DNA of 64,000 bases from Octopus vulgaris (lineage: Eukaryota). The stretch lies in contig OX597824.1 of NCBI GenBank assembly GCA_951406725.2, positions 79,360,001-79,424,000 of the forward strand, given 5' to 3'. Shown here in pieces: positions 27,492 to 41,529 of this stretch (the first letter of the stretch is position 1; each line of letters starts with the position of its first letter). The translations under genes were made by a program, and so were the position numbers. The notes under the pieces were generated by a model. The model saw only the letters and a list, made by a program, of their open reading frames with translations, had not been told where the DNA came from and searched no databases.

Positions 27492-27915
27492 GGATTTTTT
27501 TCGGTTTCAACGGCAGTTTTTTCTAGCGGTGTCATATGAAATTGTCACCCATAATTATGACCCTAGTATCGATCTATTGCATTTCAATCTGTTTTAGGGT
27601 TAGGGTTAGTTAAGGTTAGGGGTGGGGGAAAGGGTATCTTTTAATCTTCACAAATGTAAATAAACCCAATCTGTTTCATAAACAAGGGACATAGTCATAC
27701 GGTACAATGTTTTTTACCTCAATGGACATCATTGATTGGTTGAAATTGCAGAAATTCAAGAAAAAACAACAAATATCTTACAAAATATAGAATTTTCTCA
27801 ATAAAGCCAAGAGAAAAAGATGTTTTATAAACACATTCTACCAGTATACGAAGTTTAAAATTTTTTAGTTACCTAGAAATTATGTTAAAAACTGCCGTCC
27901 AAACCAAAAAGATCC
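27492..27915. mobile_element. GG-terminal MITE with 8-bp TSD (Merlin-like or hAT-like) and internal TTAGGG repeats
   Basis: TIR GGATTTTTTTCGGTTTCAACGGCAGTTTTT / AAAAACTGCCGTCCAAACCAAAAAGATCC; TSD gtcttgat/gtcttgtt; ttagggttagggttag at ~27594-27620. Confidence 0.8.
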
Positions 27916-29359
27916 GTCTTGTTATCAAACTCAATTGAATATATCTAAAATCAAAAGTGATTTATCCATAATTATCCCATCTTTCTGTTATTTTTCTTAA
28001 ATGAAAAGTGTTTAAAATAACATTATTTTGTATCTCCTTCCCTTTTAAGATGGTAGTGTAATTTGAGAGTATACTGCCTGCTATTTCTGCCAGGTCGAGC
28101 AAGCACATAACAACTCCACTTGTTTGCTGGTTGTTTCAATAGGTTTATTCAGAATAAAGTTTGGTCCTAAAGCCTCCACAGAATCAATAAGATATTTTAA
28201 CAGATTTGTTTAAATAGTAACAAAAGAGCAACTCATTATACAAGTATTTCTGTTCAAAAGATGTTTTTTTGTTTTTTTTAATCAGACATTATAGTTTATT
28301 CAATGCCATGTAACTGAACTAGCAAGTTAGAAACCGTCCTTATCCAACTAAGTACACCCTACCCTCTCTGTCTTTCTCTCTCTCTCTTTAATTTGCATCT
28401 CACATCATGAAATCCTCTTGCCAAACCCTCTGCTTCAATGCACTTTGCAGAAACTGCAAAACACTGCAACTCCCAGCTTTTCCTTACAGGTATCTGCTAC
28501 AGAAATTCAAGATGAGCACCAAAATCAACACTGAACTAAGGGTACTTCTAATGTGATCACTCAAACTTGCTAGAAATATTAGCCAAAACTCCTTCAAATC
28601 ACAACCTGTTATAAAAAAAAAAAGGACAATGGTAGATACATTATGTCTACATAAATGGCAAGATGGTGTCTTGTTAAAATATCTTTGATCTGCCTTATGA
28701 GGAGTTTTTTGGGCTTTTTTTATGGTCGAGTCAAAGGAAGAAGATAAGCCCATGACTCTTAACAGGGTCTCTCCAAAAGTGGTGTGAAAGAAGAAGTTAT
28801 CTTCAGACCAAAGACTTGGCTTGAATATTTGCAATAGAATAGCCTCTACTAAAAGTCTCTAAAGTCAAAATGGCAGTGTTGAACTGAATGACAAATTGAG
28901 TTTTACACCCAAGAGCAGTAAAGTCCTTCTAAGGTTGCCTACACAATTTCCACCAATTAAATTTCATTCACAAAGTTTTTGCTAACCTGAGGTTATATTA
29001 GAAAATGTTGAAGTACTGCATAGTGGGAACAGTTGCAAAGCCAACATCTTAACCATGCAGCTATAACTGGGGGTAAGACCTAAACAGCAAGAACCCTATG
29101 CATTTGAAAAGGGTCTGCAAAGGATATAAGTACAGCTATTTGTAACAAAGATCAAACATTCAAATATATCTGAATTATAGTTTAGTGTTGCAGACAAAAT
29201 CCACAAATGTTTCGTAGGTTCAATGAAGATTTTTTAAACAGACAGGATTTGTGTTATGATTTGTGGTCTGAAGAACACTTAAATCTACACACCTCAGTTC
29301 ACTTCACTATTTGGAGTAACAGATTACCAGATCATATATGCAAAAGTTACCTGCAATGT

Positions 29360-29726
29360 GGGAAGCACTCCGTCGGTTACGACGAGGGTTCCGGTTGATC
29401 CGATCAACGGAACAGCCTGCTCGTGAAATTAACGTGTAAGTGGCTGAGCACTCCACAGACACGTGCACCCTTAACGTAGTTCTCAGGGATATTCAGCGTG
29501 ACAAGGCCGGCCCTTTGAAATACAGGTACAACAGAAACAGGAAGTAAGAGTGAGAGAAAGTTGTGGTGAAAGAGTACAGCAGGGATCACCACCATCCCCT
29601 GCCGGAGCCTCGTGAAGCTTTAGGTGTTTTCGCTCAATAAACACTCACAACGCCCGGTCTGGGAATCGAAACCGCGATCCAACGACCGCGAGTCCGCTGC
29701 CCTAACCACTGGGCCATTGCGCCTCC
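29360..29726 (-). mobile_element. tRNA-derived SINE family C, young copy
   Basis: Head GGAGGCGCAATGGCCCAGTGGTTAGGGCAGCGGACTCGCGG...GGTTTCGATTCCC; 11-bp TSD acctgcaatgt (29349-29359, 29727-29737). Confidence 0.9.
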
Positions 29727-30544
29727 ACCTGCAATGTAGGTTAGCATCCAATCAAAGGGACTTAGAAAAGATATGTGTTAATTCAGTTAGGACCATTTAA
29801 GAAAAAGTTTCCTCAGCCGGAAAATAAGCTATTCGGTGTTGCTTTAGCTACAGGTCACCCTTGATCATAGACCTAGGATTCAAGTGTTCCAGCCATTAGC
29901 ATTCTGTATTAACAGTGTTTTCTTTCAGATCCTTCCTTCCTTTTTTAAGACAGTAGGATGTGATACGAGAAAGATTTGGCTTCTATTCCTAGCTGGTTGA
30001 GTAAGAACATTAGAAACTCCCACATGCTCAAAATAAGACAAGTGCCCTGTCACGTGTAATAAAAATCTATCACTTGATGAGTGATTTAATTATTGTTATA
30101 ATGCATTCTGGAAGTGAATGGAATTATGGATTTCTTTCTCAGTTGCCAGGTTAAAAAAAGCCTAACGTTACTACCAATAGCAAAAAAAAAGAAGTTCCAA
30201 GCTTCTTTTTTTCCTATTATATCATATCCATCAACCATTAATATCAAGACAGACATGATGCAACAAAAGGATAACAAACTGAAGGAGCAACAATTTTTCT
30301 GCAAACCATTACATCCTATATTTACTATGTTAAAATTTCACATATACAAAATATTTTTCAAGATAATTTTTTTTTTTAAACTGATCTAACAGTAGGTAAT
30401 CTGAACGACCTCTTAACTTTACCATAACATGAAATACATTTCATCAGTAAAAGCTAAAATTAACAATTCTCTTTTTTAGTGGGTGTCTGTGAGCAAAATA
30501 TTGCACTTCAATATAACACTATTTCTCTTTATATATTCACACAT

Positions 30545-30844
30545 CATCATCATCACCATCACGTGACCGACCAGTCCATCAGATGTAGTTACACATCGCT
30601 GGTCACAATGCGTTCGCATTGTTTTAGCCTTCGAATGACGCCACCCCGATGGCTAAGCGAGCAGGCCAACAGAAGAAAGAGTGGTGAAAGAGTATAGCAG
30701 GGATCACCACCCCCTGCCGGAGCCTCGTGGAGCTTTTAGGTGTTTTCGCTCAATAATCACTCACAACGCCCGGTCTGGGAATCGAAACCGCGATCCTACG
30801 ACCGCGAGTCCGCTGCCCTAACCACTAGGCCATTGCGCCTCCAC
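30545..30844 (-). mobile_element. SINE family C head with a different 3' tail
   Basis: Same 5' ~150 bp as 29360-29726, (ATG)n tail; 12-bp TSD atattcacacat (30533-30544, 30845-30856). Confidence 0.9.
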
Positions 30845-31864
30845 ATATTCACACATACACACACATATATTTTAAAAAATGGCAAATCTTAATACATATT
30901 AACGTTCTCGTGAGAAACAAGAATTTCTCATCTTATGAGTCAGAAATCGTCATTGGCAAACAAAATGTAACCATCACAAACTATTTTGAAAAAAAAATCA
31001 CAGATTGATTCGATAAATCAAGAAAGAAAAATAGTGAATGTATCAAACATGTCTTTGAGAGCAGTGAGGGGTGGTGGAGGAGAAAACAATATTTACAAAG
31101 CATGTGGAGAAAGGCATATTTTAAAGAGAATTCCTCCACCTTGATAACATACCTGAATAATATTCGAAAAATGTTAAGACTAAATATAAGCAAATTCAAT
31201 CAATTTGTTTAGAGAGCTGCAGAGTTTAGTTCAAACAAGTAATATTTATTTAATAAAATACGTGGGTGTGTTGCAGGTTAACTGGAGATAGATAAAGAGG
31301 GAGAAAGGTAAATATTTACAAAAAAAAAACAAAAAAAACCGTCAGGTGAAAAATGAAATCGAAGTATCACAATTGAAACAATCTAAAATCAATCAATATC
31401 AAACGACTGAAATTTATTTTAAATTCGATTTCAACCTTAAAATAAATAAAAAAAAAAAAAAAATTTTTTTAATACACAAAATTGAGTGGCTCATCTAAGC
31501 ACTTCTCTAATTAGTGGGAAAATTAATAGAAATTCAACTTTTGCAAAATTCCTTAAAGCAAAACAGCTAAGAAACCGATTCGAACTCTGTGTATGTGTGT
31601 GTGTAAATATATATATAATATATAAGCCTCAGCTTCAAATAATAATGTACACACTGACTTAACATAATTGAATACTATTTTCATTTGTATAGCCATAACC
31701 CTTATAAACAATCTTTAAATAGCAAAAACTATAAATGCGTTAAATCTGTAAAACGTTTACTGTAGACATATTCACAATCGCACGCATACGGCTGCAACTT
31801 TGTATATGGAAAAATTACCGGAAAATACAAGCTTCTTGAACCATCTTATATGAGATATAAGGAT

Positions 31865-31918
<54 letters not shown>

Positions 31919-32049
31919 CACAAGTGTAAACAAGAGAGACAGAGAAAGTCAGAAACAAGGAAAATGCCACTTATATTCGAACACTATACAAATATTCTTT
32001 TAAAAAATCTTTTCTTTTTATTTTTCAAAATTTAATTATTTAATCGTTA

Positions 32050-32087
32050 CAGTTGAAAAGGTCTCAAAATGACTGAAACCGGTACTG
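32050..32087 (+). ncRNA. Minimal hammerhead variant with U3-A8 pair
   Basis: CAG-UUGAAAA-GGUC ucaaaau GACU-GAAA-CCGG-UA-CUG; palindromic stem III (ACCGGU), GUA triplet; in a segment bracketed by (TA)n tracts. Confidence 0.6.
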
Positions 32088-32135
32088 AAATGTTCTTTAT
32101 AAAATTATTTTAGCATTTTCTATCTTGACTTGTTT

Positions 32136-32183
<48 letters not shown>

Positions 32184-32654
32184 ATATAATATTTTTATGT
32201 CGCATGTTAGGACATTCTTTTCAGGAATACGACAGACGTTGATAAGAAAAGCAGCATGGTTATAATAGTGACAACTATTTCGGGGGAATACCTGATAAAC
32301 ACCAAGAAAGGAAGAGAGGGGAGGAAGGATAGGGAAAAATTATCTTTTATTTCTCCTCTACTTATCATAAATAGAAAAAAATCTGCCGACATGTTCCTTC
32401 CACTACCACTCCAAAGTCAGGGAAATCGATATATATTACATATATATATATCAATAATGGCACACGCACATACATACACACAAAATCCACCTGTAATGCT
32501 GGTTAGGATAGAAAGAAAACTGTTTTTAATGAGGATGCATACCACTGTCGGAGGATGATGGTGGATTAAGTAAATAACAACAACAAAAAAACCTACTAAA
32601 GACTAAGAAAAACTAAGCCGGGTAAGTCATTTTATAATACGTAAGATACAGATG

Positions 32655-33577
<923 letters not shown>

Positions 33578-34135
33578 CTTATGAAAGCCATAGGCTTTAT
33601 AGGTTCTGTTTAGAGAGAAATAAACAGTAGCCAAAAAGCAGCCAATGCATGGTCGCTAGATTGATGGAAATAGCAACATAAATGGAAATGGAAATTCACA
33701 CACGACTTGCTTCTTAAAAGTGAAAAAAAAAAGGATATATTAGATTAGCAATAGCCTGAATAAACCTACATTGATGGTCACGGCTGGATCAGAGATGAGC
33801 TTTAAAAAGCACCGACTGAAAGAAAACTAAGGCAGCCATTCAGATCGAGTGTGAAGAAAGAAGCAGATATGCTAGACTGACTTTTTCAGAGCTGGCGGCA
33901 GATAACAAGGAGGAGAGAGGCGAACGAGGCAGAGGCAAGAAGGAAAAGAGATGGCAGCTCTTTCCGTTTGGGCAAAGGATAAATGATAAATGGATGGATA
34001 GACGGATGAATGGATGGATGCTGCTTCGTTCGAAATAACCAACAATTTTTCGTCTGTTTCTTTGACTAACACGTTCGCTCATTCTCCCAAAACCTTCTGC
34101 AATCACCACTATTTTTTCATCACTGCTATTTCAAA

Positions 34136-34575
34136 CGTTGTTTTAGCCCCAGGTCAAGCCTGATTGACAAAAGTTTTTATGGTCAGAGAGTTTCCGACTA
34201 TGATCTTTCACCCCAGATATAGGTAGTATGCATAGGATTTCATTATCCTATGTCTTGCCCCTTTAAAAAAAAAAGCGTTTGGCTGTGATTCGACAAAGAT
34301 TTTGCTGCTATTTCTAGCAGCAAAATTATCCTCAAACCACCACGTCGATGTCGGCTCGTTGTTTTAGCCCCAGGTTAAGCCTGATTGACAAAAGTTTATG
34401 GTCAGAGACTTTCCGACTATGATCTTTCACCCCCAGATATAGGTAGTATGCATAGGATTTCATTATCCTATGTCTTGCCCCTTTAAAAAAAATGCGTTTG
34501 GTTGTGATTCGACAAAAATTTTGCTGCTATTTCTAGCAGCAAAATGATCCTCAAACCACCACGTCGATGTCGGCT
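34136..34575. repeat. Recent tandem duplication (~221 bp x2) of the abundant old repeat family D
   Basis: Units 34136-34356 and 34357-34575 are near-identical and include ttgctgctatttctagcag. Confidence 0.9.
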
Positions 34576-35061
34576 CGTTGTTACCATTAACCATTGGTTG
34601 CTGCCGGTATTTTGTAAACTGCTTTGTTTTATTCTTCGCAACTACTCTAAATCCATACATCAATAAGAATACCCTTGAGGGTGAGAGATGGAGAGACAGA
34701 AAAAAGAGGCATGAACATCACAGCTACTTCAAATATCTTTCCTTACCATCAAATACATCGATTTTCATACTTGTGGTTAGAATCGATTCGATTATATTTT
34801 ATTGTTGAAAAACATGAGCATCACACATTATCAATTTTCCCCACTCCCCTGGTGTTTTATATATATTATTATACATAATGTTATAATGAAAACCACAAGT
34901 CTAGTGAATATACTTATACAATAATATACAAATTAATTTGTATATTCAATATTCTTTTTTCCTATTACTACCATCACCGACTAACAATATGATACTAGAA
35001 TACTATATCTAATATATATATATATATATATTGTATGTATGCATATATTTTTATTTATCAC

Positions 35062-35101
<40 letters not shown>

Positions 35102-35500
35102 TAAAAACCTATTAAGTAATAATAGAAATGGTGAATCAGAAAGAACCAAAATAAAGAAGAAAAAATACAATGAATAATAACAGTATAATTATTATTGATG
35201 TATTAACACGATGGCAAAAACAACAATAATGATGATGATAATAATAATAATAATCACAACAGCAACATCCTCTGACATTGTCTAGGCACACCGATTGATT
35301 CAACTGCAACCATTAAACAAAGCAGACCACACATAATATTCACTGTATATATATATATATATACATACACACATATGTATAATATTCGCAATATATATTA
35401 CAATAAATATATATATATAACAATCTATATATATATATATATATATATACATACATACATACATACACACATACGTATAATATTCGCAATATATGTTACA

Positions 35501-35548
<48 letters not shown>

Positions 35549-36454
35549 CACAGTATATGTTTTACATATATGTATATAATATGCATACGTCCGCACACAC
35601 CAGGAACAAAGATATAGAGGTGAGGCGGTAGAGCTAAGAAACACGTGCTTTATCTACATACTTGCCGCCCTTCTTTAAAAAGTGGAACACCAACCACTGG
35701 AGTCGAAAAGAATGATTTCACTTCATAGATATATAGGCACAGGCACCTCAGGTTTGATATTATTAACGCAGGAAGAGGAGGGCTGGAGTCAGAGCAATGC
35801 AATGATTTAAGTGTTATATACATCGGCACAAGCCCCACTTTTTCCCTTGCCTATTTCTTTATTTTTTTTTTTTACTGCTCTCCTCCCTTTTTTTTTTAGC
35901 GATAGGGGTTTAGTGGTGACAGGAGAAGGCGGGGTAAGCGAGGGTTTTTTGCGGCTTGCTCCATGAAAAAAAACTATAAAAAAAACTGAATAAATAGAGT
36001 GAAAGATATTCTGAAGGAGAGGTTATTAAATGGCTGCCGCCACCAAGGAATCGAAACCGGGATTTCAAAAACAACAACTGCGTGAATGTAAAAATGCCGA
36101 AACGAAGCGCGGGCTGGATTCGAAATAAATAATATCATTCATTTATCGCCATTGGTGAGGATGAGGATGCAGATAGAATAGAATAGAATAGATGATACTA
36201 AGATTGCAGGGTGTGAGATATTGCTATACAACAACGAAGATAACGAGATATGAAAAGATTTATAATATACAATAAACATTAAAACGCATCCATTGAAGAA
36301 TTCCCACCATCACCAACCACCTCGACACGAAGCAATACGAAATAAATAATAATTAATATATATAATCAACAATATGCTTTTTCTCTTTCTTTTTTTTTTT
36401 TTTTCTTTTCTTCTAAATATAGATGTAAGGGAAACAAAAAGTTCAACGGCTCAC

Positions 36455-36779
36455 CAGTGCAGAAAATATTGCTCAGATATTATACACGTGAGAGAGAGAG
36501 AGAGAGCGATGGATGGAAAAAGGAGAAAGAGAGAGAGATAGATGAAGAGAAAAGGAGAAAGAGAGAGAGAGAGAGAGAATATATATGCAAGCAAAGGAAG
36601 AGAGAGAGAGAGAGAGTAAATGAGGAAGAAAGATTATTAGCTGAAGAAAGGAAAAAAAAAAGCTAAATGATTGAATTTTCACAGATCCAAACACAGACAA
36701 TACAACTAGCAATAGAATACAAACTCAAAACGCATGCATCAATGTGTGTGTGTGTATATATATATATATATGGTGCATA

Positions 36780-36819
<40 letters not shown>

Positions 36820-37200
36820 GTGCATGTACTATACAGACATATGCATATGTAGTATGTGTGTGAGGGGAGGAGGACTGATCAAACGACAATGGCTATCTGT
36901 CTATAATGGAGAATTGAAGAGTGGAGACTAACCACGACTAGCAAAACATGCACGAAAGAGGAAAGGAAAGGAAGAATAAAGCTGACAAAACGGTGGGAGG
37001 ATGAGGAGGAGGAGCAATAGAGGAAGGGGGCATGGACAGCGAAGAAAGAATTGAGGAGAGAGAGAGAGAGAAACAGAAAAACAGTCAATGAGAGAATGAA
37101 TGAATGAATAAGGACGGCGGCGGCGCTCACTGGCAGTGTGGCTTGCTTGCCTGTCTGCCTGCCAGCCATCCAGACTGGCTGACTCCTACCTCTGTTGTCG
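36455..37200 (-). promoter_or_regulatory. Candidate promoter and non-coding first exon of a minus-strand gene
   Basis: TE-free, CpG-containing, GCCGCCGCC and CT-rich tracts on the minus strand; donor CTG|GTGAGC at 36455/36454; second donor CAA|GTATGT at 35662/35661. Confidence 0.4.
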
Positions 37201-38002
37201 TTGGCTTTTTACACGATGCTTCTTTAATACTCTCCCCAAAACTGATCTTTATCTTCCGCTAATGCCCAACAACGAAATGATCAATGTCCGACAGACCCCA
37301 ACCAGCACCAAGCAGAGCCGAATTTAAAAGCCCAACTGATGCCCTCACCACAACAACCCTTAAACAATGGATACGCCCTCGATCCCTTCCATTGTCTAAG
37401 ACGAGACATAAGTATTTAAATGTGAAAATAGTAGCTACTAAAATTTCCGTTTCTTTTTTTCCCCCAAAACCAGACTCACAACTTTCTTCTTATACATAAA
37501 TGTATTTTTCTAGAATTTTCAATTATATTTGACATTAAATAGTAGTAAGCAATTCAAGAAAATTATTTACGTGTAACAAAAGCAACAGGAAAAACGTAAA
37601 TCTTTGACACTTTTTATTCACCATTTTGCACCATCCGACACTGGAAAATATAAGATGTGTCTCCCCTTTTTTTATACCTTAAACACGTGCTTATACCGGG
37701 ATAACAAAATGGGTTCTCTGATGAGTATGTTCATGTGATATCTTGCTCAGATTGTGCGTGTGTGTGAAGTACTATGTGTGTGTATATTGGGGGGGGGGGC
37801 GAAAACTGAAAGCCCGTTGTGTGTGTATGTATGTCCGTGTCCCGCCCCACTATTTGACAACTGGTTCGGCAAAAAAAGATCGAAGGAATAAAGTACGATG
37901 CTTTAAAATAAACTATAAATACTAAGGATGATTTTGTTCGATTAAACCTTTCGATGAAGTGCTCCAGCATGGCTGCAAACTAATGACTGAAGCAATTAAT
38001 CG

Positions 38003-38297
38003 ATAGATAGATAGATGGATGGATAGATATAGATAGATAGATGGATGGATGGATATAGATAGATGGGGATGGATGGATATAGATAGATAGATGGATGGAT
38101 ATAGATAGATGGGGATGGATGGAGATAGATAGATATGGATGGATGGATGGATAGATAGATAGATAAATATAGATAGATAGATGGATGGATGGATATAGAT
38201 AGATAGATAAATGGATGGATGGATATAGATAGATAGATAGATGGATGGATAGATAGATAGATAAATATAGATAGATAAATAAAGATATAGATAGATA
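38003..38297. repeat. (GATA)n/(GGAT)n compound microsatellite
   Basis: Directly visible. Confidence 0.95.
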
Positions 38298-39157
38298 GTT
38301 ATAGAAAGAACGTAAATGTGCTGTGTTTATGTTTGTGCTTACCTAAAATAACCGATGTAGTTTATGCTGTCCTTTTGTGCCAAGTAACTAAGCTGTCTCA
38401 TAAACACAACCCGTTGAATCAGATTACTGGAGTCGATGTAATCGACCAAAACATTAAAGGTAATGCCCCAGCTTGGCCACCCTACAATGATCGAAACTAA
38501 TAAAAGAGTGAGAAGAATACCAAGCCTAAGTTTCACACAGACACGTGCGAAACTTATCCTTTGAAATTTACACACACAAGAAAAACAAGTACTGAATATT
38601 TGTAACAATAAATTCGTTTATCTATAGCGTGACGCCCCTCTGTCACTAATCGCGAGTTTCCCGATTTTTGAAAGCAATATACCCATTCCAAGATACATAT
38701 GCACACCTTTCCGGGGACACCGGATCATCACCAACTTCTCGCCCTTTTTTTTTTTTTTTTTTTCTTTTTCCCCCAACTAGGGGAAGCTATGTATCTCTAC
38801 TACAGCAAGACACATGTTCTTGTCCCTTTATCATACTTTCACCTCTCCTTATATGATATAAACCACCTCTCTCAATACTATACCTAACTCAATTAAGGGG
38901 GTCTTGTCTGGCGAGTAAATTGGTGACCTCATTAGTGACAGTGTCACGAAAAAAAGGCACACAGTACATTCCGTGAAGTAGTTAGCGTTAGGTAGGGCAC
39001 CCGACTGTAGAAACCATGCCAAAGCAGACGATGCCGGGCACCGTCCTCTAGTTCTTTGGTCCCTGCCGAACCATCCAACCAATGCCAGCATGAAAAACGA
39101 ATGTCAAATGCCTGCGCCTATGTATATGTATGCATGCATGCACACACATACATAGAT

Positions 39158-39538
39158 GCAGGCATAACAGTGTGGTAAGAATTCTACTTTCCTAACCATA
39201 AGATTCTAGATTCAGTCCCACTGCGTGGGACCTTGGGCATGTGTCTTCTACTATAGGACCTGGCTCGATCAACCTCCTTGTGAGTGGATTAGGTAGGCAG
39301 AAACTGAAAGAAGCCTGTCATGTGTGTGTGTATGATCGCCTAGGTGTGTGACCACCGCTTGACAACCGCTACTGGTTTGTTTACACCCCCATAACTTAAA
39401 GGTTCGGCAAAAAGGGAACAATAGCATAAGCACTAGACTTTCTTAGAAAAAAGTCGAAGGGTTTATTTGTTCGACTAAACCCTTCAAGGTGGTGCTCCGT
39501 CATGGCCGCAGTTTAATGGCTTGAAACACGTAAAAGAT
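39158..39538 (+). mobile_element. SINE family A
   Basis: Head tgcaggcataacagtgtggtaag...ttcagtcccactgcgtgg; family tail. Confidence 0.75.
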
Positions 39539-39938
39539 ATACATCTGTACACACACACATATATATACATATATATATATATATATTACTTGAGCCGGCC
39601 ATCTTTCTATTTCCTAATGCTTATGTCATTGCAATATTTGCATGTCGAGTGCCTGGCGGAACCGATGAAACGACAACAATATTTTGCTGTGCATGGGATT
39701 TGCATCGCAGAAGGATTTCCTCATTTGTAATTCTATTTCACCAAGTGACGTAGAGGATCTTCCGTAGGCATCACTCCGTAGAATGTTCTCTAATTTGTTG
39801 CCCCACCTTCATTGACATTTCCCATGTTTCAACAATAGTCTTCAGAGTCAGTGTTGATGTACGTTAATGCCCAGATGTGGTGCACACTTTGCAATATACA
39901 CCCGCGCGCGCGCGTGTGTGTGTGTGTGTGTGTGTGTA

Positions 39939-40156
39939 CGAGGAAGTGTTGAAAAGATCTTGGCTTGAAGGGGTCTCTCGAAAGGCCTGGTTGGAGGCCC
40001 AACCTTCTGAGTTCTTTTACATGGCTAAGAAAAGCCGAAGGACCGCTGCAATAAATGTGTGAATCTAAGAGGGGAATCCATTTAATAAAATCATAATTAA
40101 CTGATCCTCCCGTATTTTCTTTTACCTTAAGCCAGAGACTTTTCAGCAACACCTCG
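39939..40156. mobile_element. Mariner-type MITE
   Basis: TA|CGAGGAAGTGTTGAAAAG ... CTTTTCAGCAACACCTCG|TA terminal inverted repeats. Confidence 0.75.
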
Positions 40157-40199
40157 TATAACACATGCATGCACACATATACACACGTGTGTTACGTGC

Positions 40200-40480
40200 A
40201 GGCAAGTCAGTTGACCAAGATGCCGTTGCATGGCATCTGAAGCAAATATCATTTTCTGAAACCTCGCCTCGAGCCAAACAGAGAATGTATAGAAGTCAAG
40301 TGGATTGAAACTGTCAGGCGGACTGCCTAAGAAGTACCTGAAGAGCACTCTTGTCTGCAGAACGCTCAACCACTTACATGCAAATTGAGGATCATTTGAT
40401 GGAACAACTGAATTTTTATCGCTGACCATATATCCATTGCATGCAACAGGAGCAGTATAAGATTAAAATAGGCATTTACG
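40200..40480 (-). pseudogene. Tc1/mariner transposase catalytic-domain relic
   Basis: ORF 40127-40429 contains PPDSFNPLDFYTFSVWLE, resembling WPPxSPDLNPLD(Y/F)..W..LE. Confidence 0.45.
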
Positions 40481-40650
40481 TACCACACCTAATGTAAATA
40501 TATTGAGACAGATAAATAAATATATATATATATATATTTCGGAATGGTCATTTTGCCAGTTTAGCCAATAAAAACACACGCACTATATAATTGGTGTTAT
40601 TTTGCTTCATTGTTATTTATTTTTTTACATTAATCTTAATCTTATTTCGG

Positions 40651-40690
40651 CCAGAGTTCTTTCGTCACACTCCTGTGACCGCATCAGTGG
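40651..40690 (-). ncRNA. Minimal hammerhead-like motif (A9 replaced by C)
   Basis: Minus strand CCA-CUGAUGC-G-GUCACA GGAG UGUGAC-GAAA-GAAC-UC-UGG. Confidence 0.5.
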
Positions 40691-40953
40691 TCCTTTGTTT
40701 TCTTCTTTCTTATTTGTGTCTCTCCTTACTATATATAAATATATGCTCGCCCCATTCACACACACGTCTTACACAAATACACACACACACGCTTGCGCAC
40801 CTTAGTTCTGCCGGTTCATTGTTATCTCTCTTCCACTCAGCCTCATTCTTCCAGTCATTTCATCATGTTGAACTGTGAATCCCTACACACTTTTTTGTGT
40901 TTCCTGTTTTTTCTTTGTTTTCGTTCTCTCTCTCTATTTTTTCCCCTCTCAAC

Positions 40954-40991
40954 TCTTTCTGTCGAAGAGCGCAGGCTCGAAATGTCAAAGA
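40954..40991 (+). ncRNA. Minimal hammerhead-like motif (A6 replaced by U)
   Basis: UCUUU-CUGUCGA-A-GAGC GCAG GCUC-GAAA-UG-UC-AAAGA; same family as 61268-61302 (shared downstream gagcgtcaaa...ttgttcc). Confidence 0.55.
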
Positions 40992-41211
40992 CTTTTCCAT
41001 TTTCCCGAGCGTCAAAACAAATACACCTGCTTGTTGTTCCCCTCACCTGTTTTCGTCTTTTGTATTCTGTAAATTTGAACTATATATATATATAATGTAT
41101 AAATTTAAAATTAAGGATAAAATCTTTTATAAGAAATTATCAGTAGTTAGCGTGAAAAACCTCGTAAGAGAAAAAATCTGTAAATTTTTCCACTTTGAAA
41201 ATATTTATTTG

Positions 41212-41529
41212 TATTATATAGAGGGTACTATTATTCATAGGTACCGCACGCTAAGAGGGACCTTTGCAGTCAAAACTACTAAAATAAACAAATTTTACCG
41301 AATGCAAAACTTCAAAGCAAGTCATTTAAAAACAGAATTTAGTTACATATCACCTGTGATTTCGCAATCAATGCAGAATATGCATTCTACGCTCTTCAGT
41401 GCAACGAACTAAATTCTGTTTTTAAATGACTTGCTTTGCAGTTTTGCATTCGGTAAAATTTGTTTATTTTAGTAGTTTTGACTGCAAAGGTCCCTCTAGC
41501 GTGCGGTACCTATGAATAATAGTACCCTC

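Noticed and set aside
27594-27620. TTAGGG repeats as a telomere or fusion scar
   Set aside because: They are internal to a TSD-flanked MITE that recurs at 44.3 kb.
29655-29726. tRNA-like sequence with A and B boxes (also 30773-30844)
   Set aside because: Continues into a SINE body and is flanked by TSDs, so it is a SINE head and not a tRNA gene.
37131-37165. TGGCAGTGTGG matches the 5' 11 nt of miR-34
   Set aside because: The 3' half has many mismatches to the conserved mature sequence and no convincing ~60-nt precursor hairpin is visible.
37718-37752. CTGATGAG followed by a hairpin (also 16932 and 59892)
   Set aside because: No correctly placed GAAA/NUH or stem I; not a hammerhead.
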